From NCBI RefSeq assembly GCF_057098645.1, contig NZ_CM169472.1: DNA of 64,000 nt; one strand, 5' to 3'. Shown here piece by piece: positions 11,894-25,597 of this stretch (position 1 is the first letter of the stretch; each line of letters opens with the position of its first letter). The translations under genes were made by a program, and so were the position numbers. The notes under the pieces were generated by a model that saw only the letters and a list, made by a program, of their open reading frames with translations, ran no database searches and was not told where the DNA came from.

Positions 11894-12940
11894 ATGACAC
11901 AACCAATGCCTGGGAAACCGGCCGAAGACGCTGAAAATGAACTGGATATTCGTGGGTTGTTTCGTACCTTGTGGGCTGGGAAGCTATGGATTATTGGCAT
12001 GGGGCTGGCGTTTGCGTTAATCGCGCTGGCGTATACGTTTTTTGCTCGTCAGGAGTGGAGCTCGACGGCGATTACCGATCGTCCAACGGTGAATATGCTG
12101 GGGGGATATTACTCGCAGCAGCAATTTTTGCGTAACCTGGATGTCCGTTCAAACATGGCTTCTGCCGACCAACCATCGGTCATGGACGAAGCCTATAAAG
12201 AGTTTGTTATGCAACTGGCCTCGTGGGATACCCGCAGAGAGTTCTGGCTGCAAACCGACTATTACAAGCAGCGGATGGTGGGCAACAGCAAAGCCGATGC
12301 GGCGTTGCTGGATGAAATGATTAACAACATCCAGTTTATCCCCGGAGACTTTACCCGCGCGGTCAATGACAGCGTGAAGCTTATTGCCGAAACCGCGCCT
12401 GACGCTAATAACCTGTTACGTCAGTATGTTGCTTTTGCCAGCCAGCGTGCAGCCAGCCATCTGAATGATGAGCTGAAAGGCGCATGGGCGGCACGCACCA
12501 TCCAGATGAAAGCTCAGGTGAAGCGTCAGGAAGAGGTGGCGAAAGCCATCTACGACCGCCGGATGAACAGCATTGAGCAGGCGCTGAAAATTGCTGAGCA
12601 GCATAATATTTCGCGCAGTGCGACAGATGTGCCTGCCGAGGAATTACCTGATTCAGAAATGTTCCTGCTTGGGCGTCCAATGCTCCAGGCTCGACTGGAA
12701 AATTTACAGGCCGTCGGTCCGGCCTTTGATCTCGACTATGATCAGAATCGGGCCATGTTAAACACCCTGAATGTTGGTCCAACCCTGGATCCGCGTTTTC
12801 AGACCTATCGCTATTTGCGTACGCCGGAAGAACCGGTAAAACGCGATAGCCCACGTCGTGCCTTCCTGATGATTATGTGGGGCATTGTCGGGGGGCTGAT
12901 CGGGGCTGGTGTCGCATTAACCCGCCGTTGCTCGAAATAG
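11894..12940 (+). CDS. wzzE: ECA polysaccharide chain-length modulation protein
   Basis: 348-aa Wzz-family protein with N- and C-terminal TM segments. Confidence 0.92.
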   Translation: MTQPMPGKPAEDAENELDIRGLFRTLWAGKLWIIGMGLAFALIALAYTFFARQEWSSTAITDRPTVNMLGGYYSQQQFLRNLDVRSNMASADQPSVMDEAYKEFVMQLASWDTRREFWLQTDYYKQRMVGNSKADAALLDEMINNIQFIPGDFTRAVNDSVKLIAETAPDANNLLRQYVAFASQRAASHLNDELKGAWAARTIQMKAQVKRQEEVAKAIYDRRMNSIEQALKIAEQHNISRSATDVPAEELPDSEMFLLGRPMLQARLENLQAVGPAFDLDYDQNRAMLNTLNVGPTLDPRFQTYRYLRTPEEPVKRDSPRRAFLMIMWGIVGGLIGAGVALTRRCSK

Positions 12941-12995
12941 CAACACTGCTGCGGTGAGCGCAAAGGTGCTCGCCGCTTATTCGAAGAGAATCGAT

Positions 12996-14126
12996 GTGAA
13001 AGTACTGACTGTATTTGGTACGCGCCCGGAAGCCATCAAGATGGCTCCGTTGGTGCATGCGTTGGCAAAAGATCCTTTTTTTGAGGCTAAAGTTTGCGTC
13101 ACTGCGCAGCATCGGGAGATGCTCGATCAGGTGCTGAAACTCTTTTCCATTGTACCTGACTACGATCTCAACATAATGCAGCCAGGACAGGGCCTGACAG
13201 AGATAACCTGTCGGATTCTGGAAGGGCTAAAACCTATTCTTGCCGAGTTCAAACCAGACGTCGTGCTGGTTCACGGCGATACGACGACGACGCTGGCAAC
13301 CAGCCTGGCGGCGTTTTATCAGCGTATTCCTGTTGGTCACGTTGAGGCTGGTTTACGCACGGGCGATCTCTATTCGCCGTGGCCGGAAGAGGCTAACCGT
13401 ACATTGACCGGGCATCTGGCGATGTATCATTTCTCCCCAACCGAAACTTCCCGGCAAAACTTGCTGCGTGAAAACGTTGCGGATAGCCGAATCTTCATTA
13501 CCGGTAATACAGTCATTGATGCACTGTTATGGGTGCGTGACCAGGTGATGAGCAGCGACACGCTGCGTTCAGAACTGGCGGCAAATTACCCGTTTATCGA
13601 CCCCGATAAAAAGATAATTCTGGTGACCGGTCATAGGCGTGAGAGTTTCGGTCGTGGCTTTGAAGAAATCTGCCACGCGCTGGCAGACATCGCCACCACG
13701 CACCAGGACATCCAGATTGTCTATCCGGTGCATCTCAACCCGAACGTCAGAGAGCCGGTCAATCGCATTCTGGGGCATGTGAAAAATGTCATTCTGATCG
13801 ATCCCCAGGAGTATTTACCGTTTGTCTGGCTGATGAACCACGCCTGGCTGATTTTGACCGACTCAGGCGGCATTCAGGAAGAAGCGCCTTCGCTGGGGAA
13901 ACCGGTGCTGGTGATGCGCGATACCACTGAGCGTCCGGAAGCGGTGACGGCGGGTACGGTGCGTCTGGTAGGCACGGATAAGCAGCGAATTGTCGAGGAA
14001 GTGACGCGTCTTTTAAAAGACGAAAACGAATATCAAACTATGAGCCGCGCCCATAACCCGTATGGTGATGGTCAGGCATGCTCTCGCATTCTGGAAGCGT
14101 TAAAAAATAATCGGATATCACTATGA
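12996..14126 (+). CDS. wecB: UDP-N-acetylglucosamine 2-epimerase
   Basis: GTG start; [19 protein letters not shown]... epimerase motifs. Confidence 0.93.
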   Translation: MKVLTVFGTRPEAIKMAPLVHALAKDPFFEAKVCVTAQHREMLDQVLKLFSIVPDYDLNIMQPGQGLTEITCRILEGLKPILAEFKPDVVLVHGDTTTTLATSLAAFYQRIPVGHVEAGLRTGDLYSPWPEEANRTLTGHLAMYHFSPTETSRQNLLRENVADSRIFITGNTVIDALLWVRDQVMSSDTLRSELAANYPFIDPDKKIILVTGHRRESFGRGFEEICHALADIATTHQDIQIVYPVHLNPNVREPVNRILGHVKNVILIDPQEYLPFVWLMNHAWLILTDSGGIQEEAPSLGKPVLVMRDTTERPEAVTAGTVRLVGTDKQRIVEEVTRLLKDENEYQTMSRAHNPYGDGQACSRILEALKNNRISL

Positions 14127-15385
14127 GTTTTGCGACCATTTCTGTTATCGGACTGGGTTACATCGGGCTGCCTACAGCAGCAGCGTTTGCCTCACGGCAA
14201 AAACAGGTGATTGGTGTCGATATCAACCAACACGCGGTTGATACCATCAATCGTGGCGAAATCCATATCGTCGAGCCTGATTTGGCGAGCGTAGTAAAAA
14301 CTGCCGTAGAAGGCGGTTTTTTACGAGCGAGCACGACGCCAGTTGAAGCGGATGCCTGGCTGATTGCTGTACCCACGCCGTTTAAAGGCGATCATGAGCC
14401 AGATATGACCTACGTTGAATCGGCTGCTCGCTCCATTGCGCCAGTGCTGAAAAAAGGCGCGCTGGTGATCCTTGAATCCACCTCGCCGGTGGGGTCAACC
14501 GAGAAGATGGCAGAATGGTTAGCAGAGATGCGTCCGGATCTCACTTTCCCACAGCAGGTGGGCGAGCAGGCGGACGTCAACATTGCTTACTGCCCGGAAC
14601 GCGTGTTACCGGGCCAGGTTATGGTCGAGCTGATTAAAAACGATCGCGTGATTGGTGGTATGACGCCGGTTTGTTCGGCCCGCGCCAGCGAACTGTACAA
14701 AATTTTCCTCGAAGGTGAGTGTGTCGTCACTAACTCGCGGACGGCGGAAATGTGTAAGCTCACCGAAAACAGCTTCCGCGATGTGAATATCGCTTTTGCT
14801 AATGAATTGTCGCTGATTTGTGCCGATCAGGGGATTAACGTCTGGGAACTGATTCGCCTGGCGAATCGTCACCCTCGCGTTAATATTCTTCAGCCCGGCC
14901 CTGGCGTGGGCGGTCACTGCATTGCTGTTGATCCGTGGTTTATCGTGGCACAGAACCCCCAGCAGGCGCGGCTTATCCGTACCGCGCGCGAAGTGAACGA
15001 TCACAAACCGTTCTGGGTTATCGATCAGGTGAAAGCGGCGGTGGCTGATTGCCTGGCGGCTACCGATAAACGCGCCAGTGAACTGAAAATCGCCTGCTTT
15101 GGTCTGGCGTTTAAACCGAATATTGATGACCTGCGCGAAAGCCCGGCGATGGAAATCGCTGAACTGATCGCCCAGTGGCATAGCGGCGAAACTCTGGTTG
15201 TTGAGCCTAACATCCACCAGTTGCCGAAAAAACTGACCGGGCTTTGTACTCTGGCGCAGCTTGACGAGGCGCTGGCAACGGCAGACGTGCTGGTGATGCT
15301 GGTCGATCATAGTCAGTTCAAAGTTATCAATGGCGACAATGTCCATCAGCAGTATGTCGTCGATGCCAAAGGAGTCTGGCGCTGA
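14123..15385 (+). CDS. wecC: UDP-N-acetyl-D-mannosamine dehydrogenase
   Basis: 420-aa UDP-sugar dehydrogenase with N-terminal Rossmann motif GLGYIGLP; 4-bp overlap with wecB. Confidence 0.93.
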   Translation: MSFATISVIGLGYIGLPTAAAFASRQKQVIGVDINQHAVDTINRGEIHIVEPDLASVVKTAVEGGFLRASTTPVEADAWLIAVPTPFKGDHEPDMTYVESAARSIAPVLKKGALVILESTSPVGSTEKMAEWLAEMRPDLTFPQQVGEQADVNIAYCPERVLPGQVMVELIKNDRVIGGMTPVCSARASELYKIFLEGECVVTNSRTAEMCKLTENSFRDVNIAFANELSLICADQGINVWELIRLANRHPRVNILQPGPGVGGHCIAVDPWFIVAQNPQQARLIRTAREVNDHKPFWVIDQVKAAVADCLAATDKRASELKIACFGLAFKPNIDDLRESPAMEIAELIAQWHSGETLVVEPNIHQLPKKLTGLCTLAQLDEALATADVLVMLVDHSQFKVINGDNVHQQYVVDAKGVWR

Positions 15386-16452
15386 TGAGAAAAATTCTGA
15401 TAACAGGTGGTGCCGGGTTTATTGGCTCGGCGCTGGTGCGTTATATCATCAACGAAACGAGCGACGCGGTGGTAGTGGTCGATAAGCTGACCTACGCCGG
15501 AAACCTGATGTCGCTGGCACCGGTCGCGCAAAGCGAGCGCTTTTCCTTTGAGAAAGTTGATATCTGCGATCGGGCAGAACTGGCGCGCGTATTCACTGAG
15601 CATCAGCCAGACTGTGTCATGCATCTGGCAGCCGAAAGCCATGTTGACCGTTCTATTGACGGCCCGGCAGCGTTTATTGAAACCAACATTGTCGGGACTT
15701 ATACATTGCTTGAAGCGGCGCGGGCTTACTGGAATGCGCTGACGGAAGATAAAAAATCAGCGTTCCGTTTTCATCATATCTCCACTGACGAAGTATATGG
15801 TGACCTGCACTCGACGGATGATTTCTTCACTGAAACCACGCCGTATGCGCCGAGCAGCCCTTATTCCGCGTCAAAAGCCAGCAGCGACCATCTGGTGCGC
15901 GCCTGGCTGCGAACCTATGGTATGCCAACGCTTATCACCAACTGCTCGAATAACTACGGTCCTTACCACTTTCCGGAAAAACTGATCCCGCTGATGATCC
16001 TCAACGCGCTGGCGGGTAAATCGCTGCCGGTATATGGCAACGGGCAGCAAATCCGTGACTGGCTGTATGTGGAAGATCACGCCCGCGCGCTGTATTGCGT
16101 GGCGACCACCGGGAAAGTCGGTGAAACCTATAATATTGGTGGTCACAACGAGCGTAAGAATCTCGATGTTGTGGAAACCATTTGCGAGCTGCTGGAAGAA
16201 CTGGCTCCGAACAAGCCGCACGGCGTGGCGCACTATCGTGACCTGATCACCTTTGTCGCTGACCGTCCGGGGCATGATCTGCGTTATGCCATTGATGCTT
16301 CGAAAATTGCCCGTGAACTTGGCTGGCTGCCGCAGGAAACCTTTGAAAGTGGAATGCGTAAAACGGTTCAGTGGTATCTGGCTAATGAAAGCTGGTGGAA
16401 GCAGGTGCAGGACGGCAGCTATCAGGGCGAGCGTTTAGGTCTGAAAGGCTAA
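15385..16452 (+). CDS. rffG: dTDP-glucose 4,6-dehydratase
   Basis: 355-aa SDR-family dehydratase (TGGAGFIGS...YSASK). Confidence 0.93.
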   Translation: MRKILITGGAGFIGSALVRYIINETSDAVVVVDKLTYAGNLMSLAPVAQSERFSFEKVDICDRAELARVFTEHQPDCVMHLAAESHVDRSIDGPAAFIETNIVGTYTLLEAARAYWNALTEDKKSAFRFHHISTDEVYGDLHSTDDFFTETTPYAPSSPYSASKASSDHLVRAWLRTYGMPTLITNCSNNYGPYHFPEKLIPLMILNALAGKSLPVYGNGQQIRDWLYVEDHARALYCVATTGKVGETYNIGGHNERKNLDVVETICELLEELAPNKPHGVAHYRDLITFVADRPGHDLRYAIDASKIARELGWLPQETFESGMRKTVQWYLANESWWKQVQDGSYQGERLGLKG

Positions 16453-16470
16453 TTTTCAGCGGAGGCAAAC

Positions 16471-17352
16471 ATGAAAGGTATTATCCTGGCGGGCGGTTCC
16501 GGCACCCGATTGCATCCGATTACGCGCGGCGTATCGAAGCAACTGTTGCCGATTTACGATAAACCAATGATTTACTATCCGCTGTCGGTGCTGATGCTGG
16601 CCGGTATCCGCGAAATTCTCATCATCACTACGCCGGAAGATAAAGGTTATTTCCAGCGCCTGCTGGGCGATGGTAGTGAGTTCGGTATCCAGCTGGAATA
16701 TGCCGAACAGCCCAGCCCGGACGGTCTGGCGCAGGCCTTTATCATCGGTGAAACCTTCCTTAATGGTGAACCTTCTTGTCTGGTGCTGGGCGATAACATC
16801 TTCTTCGGTCAGGGCTTCAGTCCGAAGCTGCGTCATGTTGCGGCGCGCACGGAAGGGGCGACGGTTTTTGGCTATCAGGTGATGGACCCGGAACGCTTTG
16901 GCGTGGTGGAGTTTGACGACAATTTCCGCGCTATCTCGCTGGAAGAAAAGCCAAAACAGCCGAAGTCAAACTGGGCGGTGACCGGGCTTTATTTCTACGA
17001 CAGTAAAGTCGTGGAGTACGCAAAGCAGGTGAAGCCGTCGGAGCGTGGTGAACTGGAGATTACCTCCATCAACCAGATGTACCTCGAGGCGGGCAACCTG
17101 ACCGTTGAACTGCTCGGGCGCGGATTTGCCTGGCTGGACACTGGCACTCACGACAGCCTGATTGAAGCCAGCACCTTTGTACAGACGGTGGAAAAACGAC
17201 AGGGCTTTAAGATTGCCTGCCTGGAAGAGATCGCCTGGCGTAACGGCTGGCTCGATGACGAGGGTGTGAAGCGTGCTGCCAGTTCATTAGCGAAAACTGG
17301 CTACGGCCAATATCTGCTGGAGTTACTTCGTGCCCGTCCGCGCCAGTATTGA
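16471..17352 (+). CDS. rffH: glucose-1-phosphate thymidylyltransferase
   Basis: [18 protein letters not shown]... nucleotidyltransferase signature. Confidence 0.93.
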
Positions 17353-18004
17353 GCCACTAACCTGGGAAAACGCCTTCTTTGGTGTTAACAGCGCCATCGT
17401 GCGCATTACGTCTGAAGCACCGCTCCTGACGCCAGACGCGTTAGCGCCGTGGTCACGGGTGCAGGCCAAAATTGCGGCATCAAATACGGGTGAACTGGAT
17501 GCCCTGCAACAGCTGGGATTCTCCCTGGTAGAAGGTGAAGTTGATTTGGCGCTACCCGTGAACAATGCCAGTGATAGCGGTGCTGTAGTGGCACAAGAGA
17601 CCGATATTCCCGCATTACGTCAGTTAGCCAGCGCCGCATTTGCGCAAAGCCGTTTTCGTGCGCCGTGGTATGCGCCTGACGCCAGCAGTCGCTTTTATGC
17701 ACAGTGGATTGAAAATGCCGTGCGCGGCACCTTTGATCATCAATGTCTGATTTTACGTGCGGCGTCCGGCGATATTCGCGGCTATGTCTCTTTACGGGAA
17801 CTCAATGCGACAGATGCGCGAATTGGCCTGCTGGCTGGACGCGGTGCAGGTGCTGAGCTGATGCAAACGGCGCTAAACTGGGCGTATGCTCGCGGTAAAA
17901 CAACTTTGCGGGTGGCGACCCAAATGGGCAACACCGCCGCGCTTAAACGATACATACAAAGTGGTGCGAATGTAGAAAGCACCGCGTACTGGTTATACAG
18001 GTGA
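17330..18004 (+). CDS. wecD: dTDP-fucosamine acetyltransferase (GNAT)
   Basis: 224-aa ORF with GTG start, overlaps rffH 3' end by 23 bp. Confidence 0.88.
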
Positions 18005-18008
18005 TCAC

Positions 18009-19139
18009 ATGATTCCATTTAACGCACCGCCGGTGGTGGGAACCGAACTCGACTATATGCAGTCGGCAATGGGTAGCGGCAAACTGTGTGGCGATGGCGG
18101 TTTTACCCGTCGCTGCCAGCAGTGGCTGGAGCAACGTTTTGGCAGCGCCAAAGTGTTACTGACGCCGTCCTGCACCGCTTCGCTGGAGATGGCGGCGCTG
18201 CTGCTCGATATCCAGCCTGGCGATGAAGTGATCATGCCGAGCTACACCTTTGTCTCCACCGCCAATGCCTTTGTGCTGCGTGGCGCAAAAATCGTTTTTG
18301 TGGATGTTCGCCCGGACACCATGAACATCGACGAAACGCTGATTGAAGCGGCGATCACCGACAAAACGCGCGTTATCGTGCCGGTCCATTACGCGGGTGT
18401 GGCCTGCGAAATGGACACCATTATGGCGTTGGCAAAAAAGCATAATTTGTTTGTGGTAGAAGATGCCGCTCAGGGCGTGATGTCCACTTACAAAGGGCGT
18501 GCACTGGGAACCATTGGTCATATTGGCTGCTTTAGCTTCCATGAAACCAAAAACTACACGGCGGGTGGTGAAGGCGGCGCGACGCTGATTAACGATAAAG
18601 CGTTAATCGAACGAGCCGAGATCATCCGTGAAAAGGGCACTAACCGCAGCCAGTTCTTCCGTGGTCAGGTCGATAAATATACCTGGCGCGATATTGGCTC
18701 CAGCTATTTGATGTCCGATCTGCAAGCTGCGTACCTGTGGGCGCAACTGGAAGCAGCGGATCGTATCAACCAGCAACGTCTGGCGCTGTGGCAAAACTAC
18801 TACGATGCGTTAGCACCTCTGGCGAAAGCCGGGCGTATCGAGCTGCCGTCGATTCCCGATGGCTGCGTGCAGAACGCGCATATGTTCTACATTAAACTGC
18901 GGGATATTGATGACCGGAGCGCGTTGATTAACTTTCTGAAAGAAGCGGAAATTATGGCGGTGTTCCATTACATTCCGCTGCACGGTTGCCCTGCGGGGGA
19001 ACGCTTTGGTGAGTTCCACGGTGAAGATCGCTACACCACCAAAGAGAGCGAGCGCCTGCTGCGCCTGCCGCTGTTCTACAACCTGTCGCCCGTCAATCAG
19101 CGTACGGTAATTGCGACTTTGTTGAACTACTTCTCCTGA
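18009..19139 (+). CDS. wecE: dTDP-4-amino-4,6-dideoxygalactose transaminase (DegT/PLP-dependent)
   Basis: 376-aa DegT/DnrJ/EryC1-family aminotransferase. Confidence 0.93.
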   Translation: MIPFNAPPVVGTELDYMQSAMGSGKLCGDGGFTRRCQQWLEQRFGSAKVLLTPSCTASLEMAALLLDIQPGDEVIMPSYTFVSTANAFVLRGAKIVFVDVRPDTMNIDETLIEAAITDKTRVIVPVHYAGVACEMDTIMALAKKHNLFVVEDAAQGVMSTYKGRALGTIGHIGCFSFHETKNYTAGGEGGATLINDKALIERAEIIREKGTNRSQFFRGQVDKYTWRDIGSSYLMSDLQAAYLWAQLEAADRINQQRLALWQNYYDALAPLAKAGRIELPSIPDGCVQNAHMFYIKLRDIDDRSALINFLKEAEIMAVFHYIPLHGCPAGERFGEFHGEDRYTTKESERLLRLPLFYNLSPVNQRTVIATLLNYFS

Positions 19140-19140
19140 T

Positions 19141-20391
19141 ATGTCGTTGGCGAAAGCGTCCTTGTGGACGGCGGCCAGTACACTGGTCAAGATTGGGGCC
19201 GGGTTACTGGTCGGTAAGTTGCTGGCGGTGTCATTTGGTCCTGCGGGGCTTGGGCTGGCGGCAAATTTCCGCCAGTTGATTACCGTGCTCGGCGTGCTTG
19301 CCGGGGCTGGCATCTTTAACGGTGTAACCAAATACGTTGCCCAGTACCATGATAATCCGCAACAGCTGCGCCGCGTGGTCGGCACTTCATCAGCGATGGT
19401 ACTTGGTTTCTCTACGCTGATGGCGCTGGTTTTTGTGCTGGCAGCAGCGCCAATCAGCCAGGGATTGTTTGGTAATACCGACTATCAGGGGCTGGTACGT
19501 TTAGTGGCGTTGGTGCAAATGGGGATTGCCTGGGGCAACCTGTTACTGGCGTTGATGAAAGGCTTTCGCGATGCCGCAGGTAATGCGTTATCTCTGATTG
19601 TTGGCAGCTTGATTGGCGTTCTTGCGTACTACGTCAGTTACCGTTTGGGCGGTTATGAAGGGGCGTTGCTGGGTCTGGCGCTGATTCCCGCGCTGGTGGT
19701 AATTCCTGCCGCCATCATGTTGATCAAACGTGGTGTCATCCCGTTAAGCTATCTGAAACCCAGCTGGGATAACGGTCTGGCAGGGCAGTTGAGCAAATTT
19801 ACGCTCATGGCGTTGATTACGTCGGTGACCTTGCCTGTTGCTTACATCATGATGCGTAAACTGCTGGCGGCGCAGTATAGCTGGGATGAAGTGGGGATCT
19901 GGCAAGGGGTGAGCAGTATTTCCGATGCCTACCTGCAATTTATTACGGCATCGTTCAGCGTATATTTACTGCCCACGTTGTCGCGGCTAACGGAAAAGCG
20001 CGATATCACCCGGGAAGTGGTTAAATCGCTGAAATTCGTCTTACCGGCAGTGGCGGCGGCGAGTTTTACCGTCTGGTTGCTGCGTGATTTTGCTATCTGG
20101 CTGCTGTTGTCGAATAAATTTACCGCTATGCGCGATCTCTTTGCCTGGCAGTTGGTGGGTGATGTGTTAAAAGTGGGCGCTTATGTCTTTGGTTATCTGG
20201 TGATCGCCAAAGCTTCACTGCGGTTTTATATTCTGGCGGAAGTCAGCCAGTTCACTTTATTGATGGTATTTGCCCACTGGCTAATCCCTGCGCATGGTGC
20301 ACTGGGCGCGGCGCAGGCCTATATGGCAACCTATATCGTCTATTTTTCTCTTTGTTGTGGCGTGTTTTTACTCTGGCGTAGGCGGGCATGA
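19141..20391 (+). CDS. wzxE: ECA lipid III flippase (Wzx family)
   Basis: 416-aa multi-TM protein. Confidence 0.92.
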   Translation: MSLAKASLWTAASTLVKIGAGLLVGKLLAVSFGPAGLGLAANFRQLITVLGVLAGAGIFNGVTKYVAQYHDNPQQLRRVVGTSSAMVLGFSTLMALVFVLAAAPISQGLFGNTDYQGLVRLVALVQMGIAWGNLLLALMKGFRDAAGNALSLIVGSLIGVLAYYVSYRLGGYEGALLGLALIPALVVIPAAIMLIKRGVIPLSYLKPSWDNGLAGQLSKFTLMALITSVTLPVAYIMMRKLLAAQYSWDEVGIWQGVSSISDAYLQFITASFSVYLLPTLSRLTEKRDITREVVKSLKFVLPAVAAASFTVWLLRDFAIWLLLSNKFTAMRDLFAWQLVGDVLKVGAYVFGYLVIAKASLRFYILAEVSQFTLLMVFAHWLIPAHGALGAAQAYMATYIVYFSLCCGVFLLWRRRA

Positions 20392-21467
20392 CTGTACTGA
20401 TTCACGTACTGGGATCGGATATCCCTCACCATAACCGAACCGTTTTGCGGTTTTTCAATGACGCGCTGGCCGCGACGAGCGAGCACGCGCGCGAGTTTAT
20501 GGTTGTTGGCAAGGACGACGGCTTAAGTGATAGCTGTCCGGCGCTTTCTGTGCAATTTTTCCCTGGGAAAAAATCGCTGGCGGAAGCGGTCATCGCGAAA
20601 GCAAAAGCTAACCGTCAGCAGCGTTTTTTCTTCCACGGTCAGTTCAATCCCACACTGTGGCTGGCTTTGCTGAGTGGTGGCATTAAGTCCCGCCAGTTTT
20701 TCTGGCATATCTGGGGGGCAGATCTGTATGAGCTTTCCAGTGGCTTGAGATATAAGCTTTTTTACCCGCTACGTCGCCTGGCGCAAAAGCGAGTCGGCTG
20801 TGTATTTGCCACCCGCGGTGATTTGAGCTTTTTTGCCAAAACGCATCCAAAGGTGCGGGGCGAACTGCTGTACTTCCCGACGCGGATGGATCCTTCTCTC
20901 AATACGATGGCGAACGATCGGCAACGTGAAGGGAAAATGACCATTCTGGTGGGGAACTCCGGCGACCGCAGCAATGAGCATATTGCTGCCTTGCGCGCCG
21001 TTCATCAGCAATTTGGCGATACGGTAAAAGTGGTGGTGCCGATGGGATATCCGCCTAATAACGAAGCGTACATCGAGGAAGTTCGTCAGGCGGGGCTGGA
21101 GTTATTCAGCGAAGAAAATCTGCAAGTTCTGAGCGAAAAACTGGAATTTGACGCCTATCTGACGCTACTTCGTCAGTGCGATCTCGGTTACTTTATTTTT
21201 GCCCGCCAGCAGGGCATCGGCACGCTGTGCTTGTTGATTCAGGCGGGCATTCCTTGTGTGCTTAACCGGGAAAATCCGTTCTGGCAGGATATGACGGAAC
21301 AGCATTTGCCGGTGCTGTTTACTACCGACGATCTCAACGAGGATATTGTGCGTGAAGCGCAGCGCCAGTTGGCGTCGGTGGATAAAAACACCATTGCCTT
21401 CTTTAGCCCGAACTATCTGCAAGGCTGGCAGCGGGCGCTGGCTATTGCCGCCGGGGAGGTTGCATGA
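20388..21467 (+). CDS. wecF: TDP-Fuc4NAc:lipid II Fuc4NAc transferase
   Basis: 359-aa ORF, position and overlap pattern within the ECA operon. Confidence 0.9.
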   Translation: MTVLIHVLGSDIPHHNRTVLRFFNDALAATSEHAREFMVVGKDDGLSDSCPALSVQFFPGKKSLAEAVIAKAKANRQQRFFFHGQFNPTLWLALLSGGIKSRQFFWHIWGADLYELSSGLRYKLFYPLRRLAQKRVGCVFATRGDLSFFAKTHPKVRGELLYFPTRMDPSLNTMANDRQREGKMTILVGNSGDRSNEHIAALRAVHQQFGDTVKVVVPMGYPPNNEAYIEEVRQAGLELFSEENLQVLSEKLEFDAYLTLLRQCDLGYFIFARQQGIGTLCLLIQAGIPCVLNRENPFWQDMTEQHLPVLFTTDDLNEDIVREAQRQLASVDKNTIAFFSPNYLQGWQRALAIAAGEVA

Positions 21468-22816
21468 GTCTGCTGCAATTCAGTGGCCTGTTTGTTGTCT
21501 GGCTGCTCTGCACGCTGTTTATTGCCACGCTGACCTGGTTTGAGTTTCGCCGTGTGCGCTTTAACTTCAATGTCTTCTTTTCATTGCTGTTTTTGCTCAC
21601 CTTTTTCTTCGGCTTCCCGCTGACCAGCGTGCTGGTATTTCGCTTTGATGTTGGTGTCGCGCCGCCAGAAATCTTGTTGCAGGCGTTGCTTTCTGCGGGC
21701 TGCTTCTACGCGGTTTACTATGTCACCTACAAAACCCGCCTACGCAAACGCGTTGCTGATGTACCGCGCCGTCCGCTGTTTACCATGAACCGCGTGGAGA
21801 CCAATCTTACGTGGGTGATCCTGATGGGTATCGCGCTGGTAAGCGTCGGCATCTTCTTCATGCACAACGGCTTTTTGCTGTTCCGGCTTAACTCCTACAG
21901 TCAGATCTTTTCCAGTGAAGTCTCCGGCGTGGCGTTAAAACGCTTCTTTTACTTTTTCATCCCGGCGATGCTGGTGGTCTACTTTCTGCGCCAGGACAGC
22001 AAAGCGTGGCTGTTTTTCCTCGTCAGCACGGTCGCCTTTGGCCTGCTGACTTACATGATTGTCGGCGGTACTCGCGCCAATATCATCATCGCATTCGCTA
22101 TCTTCCTGTTTATCGGCATTATTCGCGGCTGGATTTCACTGTGGATGCTGGCGGCGGCGGGCGTGCTGGGGATTGTTGGCATGTTCTGGCTGGCGCTAAA
22201 ACGCTACGGAATGAACGTGAGCGGCGATGAGGCGTTCTATACATTTCTCTATCTCACTCGCGACACCTTCTCGCCGTGGGAGAATCTGGCGTTGCTGTTG
22301 CAGAACTACGACAACATCGACTTCCAGGGACTGGCGCCAATTGTCCGCGATTTCTATGTCTTTATCCCTTCCTGGCTGTGGCCGGGGCGCCCGAGTCTGG
22401 TGCTGAACTCCGCCAACTACTTTACCTGGGAAGTGCTGAATAACCACTCCGGTCTGGCGATCTCGCCTACGCTTATTGGTTCACTGGTTGTTATGGGCGG
22501 CGTGCTGTTTATTCCTCTGGGGGCGATTGTGGTTGGTCTGATCATCAAATGGTTCGACTGGCTGTATGAGCTGGGCAACCGCGAAACTAATCGCTATAAG
22601 GCTGCGATATTGCACAGTTTCTGCTTCGGGGCAATCTTCAATATGATCGTGCTGGCGCGTGAAGGGCTGGATTCGTTTGTCTCACGCGTAGTCTTTTTTA
22701 TCGTGGTCTTCGGCGCATGTCTGATGATCGCAAAACTGTTGTACTGGCTTTTTGAAAGCGCCGGACTCATTCATAAACGTACAAAATCATCGCTCCGGAC
22801 GCAGGTTGAAGGATAA
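21464..22816 (+). CDS. wzyE: ECA polymerase (Wzy family)
   Basis: 450-aa highly hydrophobic multi-TM protein. Confidence 0.9.
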
Positions 22817-22818
22817 CA

Positions 22819-23559
22819 ATGAATAACAACACCACGGCACCGACCTATACGCTGCGTGGCTTACAGTTGATTGGTTGGCGTGATATGCAGCACGCCCTCG
22901 ATTATCTGTTTGCTGACGGGCAGCTTAAGCAGGGAACGCTGGTTGCCATTAATGCTGAAAAAATGCTGACCATTGAAGATAACGCCGAGGTCAGGGAGTT
23001 AATTAACGCTGCCGAATTTAAATATGCGGATGGCATCAGCGTTGTACGTTCAGTACGTAAAAAGTACCCGCAGGCGCAGGTTTCCCGCGTTGCCGGTGCC
23101 GATCTCTGGGAAGAGCTGATGGCGCGCGCAGGCAAAGAAGGGACGCCAGTATTTCTTGTGGGCGGTAAACCTGAAGTGCTGGCGCAAACTGAAGCTAAAC
23201 TGCGCAACCAATGGAATGTGAATATCGTTGGCAGTCAGGATGGTTATTTTAAACCCGAGCAGCGTCAGGCGCTGTTTGAACGCATTCATGCCAGCGGAGC
23301 GCAAATCGTCACCGTTGCGATGGGATCGCCAAAGCAGGAGATCTTCATGCGCGACTGCCGTCTGGTGCATCCAGATGCGCTGTATATGGGCGTTGGCGGG
23401 ACTTACGATGTTTTCACCGGTCACGTAAAACGCGCACCGAAAATCTGGCAAACGCTGGGACTGGAGTGGCTCTACCGCCTGCTTTCGCAGCCGAGCCGCA
23501 TTAAGCGTCAGCTTCGTTTGCTGCGTTATTTACGCTGGCACTACACCGGCAACCTCTGA
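22819..23559 (+). CDS. wecG: UDP-ManNAcA:lipid I transferase (WecG/TagA glycosyltransferase)
   Basis: 246-aa ORF, last gene of the ECA cluster. Confidence 0.92.
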
Positions 23560-23575
23560 TTTTCCTCTCTTTGTA

Positions 23576-23616
23576 AAGCGACGGAGTGGTCACTTCGTCG
23601 CCTGTCTGCTTTTTTA
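23576..23616 (+). terminator. probable intrinsic terminator after wecG
   Basis: GC-rich imperfect hairpin followed by ctgcttttttatt. Confidence 0.45.
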
Positions 23617-23749
23617 TTACACAAAGCATTCAAATTTTTAATGCTTTATTTGCCATTTCTCCTGAATTACGAAAACATTCGCAACACTCGATGTACCCAT
23701 AACGATAACCGGTAACACCGGAAAGCATGCAAACACAACACGAGGATTT

Positions 23750-25135
23750 ATGGCAGATAACAAACCAGAGCTACAGCGTGGGCTGGAAGCTCGACATATC
23801 GAACTCATCGCCCTGGGGGGCACCATTGGCGTCGGCCTGTTTATGGGGGCCGCCAGTACCCTGAAATGGGCCGGGCCATCCGTATTGTTGGCCTATATCA
23901 TCGCCGGGCTGTTCGTCTTTTTCATCATGCGTTCAATGGGCGAAATGTTGTTCCTCGAACCGGTTACCGGTTCGTTCGCAGTTTATGCGCATCGTTATAT
24001 GAGCCCGTTCTTTGGCTATCTCACCGCCTGGTCTTACTGGTTTATGTGGATGGCGGTGGGGATCTCTGAAATCACCGCCATTGGCGTTTATGTCCAGTTC
24101 TGGTTCCCGGAGATGGCGCAGTGGATACCCGCATTGATCGCAGTGGCGCTGGTGGCGTTGGCGAATCTGGCGGCGGTGCGGTTGTACGGCGAAATCGAGT
24201 TCTGGTTCGCGATGATCAAAGTCACCACGATTATCGTGATGATTGTCATTGGCCTGGGCGTGATTTTCTTTGGCTTTGGCAATGGCGGGCAGTCGATTGG
24301 TTTTAGCAATCTCACAGAGCATGGCGGTTTCTTTGCGGGTGGCTGGAAAGGGTTCCTGACCGCACTGTGTATTGTGGTGGCGTCCTACCAGGGCGTGGAG
24401 CTGATTGGCATTACTGCCGGTGAAGCGAAGAATCCGCAGGTGACGCTGCGCAGTGCCGTAGGCAAGGTGCTGTGGCGGATCCTGATTTTCTACGTAGGCG
24501 CGATTTTCGTTATCGTCACCATCTTCCCGTGGAATGAAATAGGCAGCAACGGCAGCCCGTTCGTACTGACTTTTGCCAAAATCGGTATTACCGCAGCAGC
24601 GGGCATTATCAACTTTGTGGTGCTGACGGCTGCGCTCTCTGGCTGTAACAGCGGCATGTACAGTTGCGGACGTATGCTCTACGCACTGGCGAAAAACCGT
24701 CAGTTACCGGCGGCGATGGCGAAAGTTTCCCGTCACGGCGTACCAGTTGCGGGTGTGGCAGTATCTATTGCTATTCTGCTAATTGGCTCATGCCTGAACT
24801 ACATCATTCCCAATCCGCAGCGTGTGTTTGTCTACGTCTACAGTGCCAGCGTGCTTCCGGGGATGGTGCCATGGTTTGTGATATTGATAAGCCAGCTGCG
24901 TTTTCGGCGTGCACATAAAGCGGCGATTGCCAGCCATCCGTTCCGCTCAATCCTGTTCCCGTGGGCCAACTACGTAACGATGGCATTCCTGATTTGCGTT
25001 TTGATCGGCATGTACTTTAATGAAGATACGCGTATGTCGCTGTTTGTTGGCATCATCTTTATGCTGGCGGTGACGGCGATTTATAAAGTTTTTGGCCTTA
25101 ATCGCCACGGGAAAGCGCATAAACTGGAGGAATAA
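23750..25135 (+). CDS. yifK: APC-family amino-acid permease
   Basis: 461-aa 12-TM amino-acid transporter. Confidence 0.9.
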
Positions 25136-25187
25136 GCAGCAAAACGCACAAACCGTAACCAAATGCGCAATTTATTTAAAAAGGGAC

Positions 25188-25216
25188 TAGACAGAGGGGT
25201 GGGAAGTCCGTATTAT
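25188..25216 (+). promoter_or_regulatory. sigma70 promoter of the tRNA operon with GC-rich discriminator
   Basis: TAGACA-17bp-TATTAT followed by ccaccccc, about 20 bp upstream of the first tRNA. Confidence 0.6.
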
Positions 25217-25237
25217 CCACCCCCGCAACGGCGCTAA

Positions 25238-25314
<77 letters not shown>

Positions 25315-25371
25315 TTTAGTCCCGGCGCTTGAGCTGCGGTGGTAGTAATACCGCGTAACAAGATTTGTAGT

Positions 25372-25448
25372 GGTGGCTATAGCTCAGTTGGTAGAGCCCT
25401 GGATTGTGATTCCAGTTGTCGTGGGTTCGAATCCCATTAGCCACCCCA
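25372..25448 (+). tRNA. hisR: tRNA-His (anticodon GTG)
   Basis: canonical tRNA-His with extra 5' G, ...GATTGTGATTC... anticodon loop, CCA end. Confidence 0.95.
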
Positions 25449-25468
25449 TTATTAGAAGTTGTGACAAT

Positions 25469-25555
25469 GCGAAGGTGGCGGAATTGGTAGACGCGCTAGC
25501 TTCAGGTGTTAGTGTCCTTACGGACGTGGGGGTTCAAGTCCCCCCCCTCGCACCA
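25469..25555 (+). tRNA. leuT: tRNA-Leu (anticodon CAG), long variable arm
   Basis: 87-nt class II tRNA, anticodon loop cttCAGgtg, CCA end. Confidence 0.95.
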
Positions 25556-25597
25556 CGACTTTAAAGAATTGAACTAAAAATTCAAAAAGCAGTATTT

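Noticed and set aside
14606-15346. 246-aa antisense ORF within wecC
   Set aside because: Opposite-strand shadow of a GC-rich coding region; wecC is fully supported.
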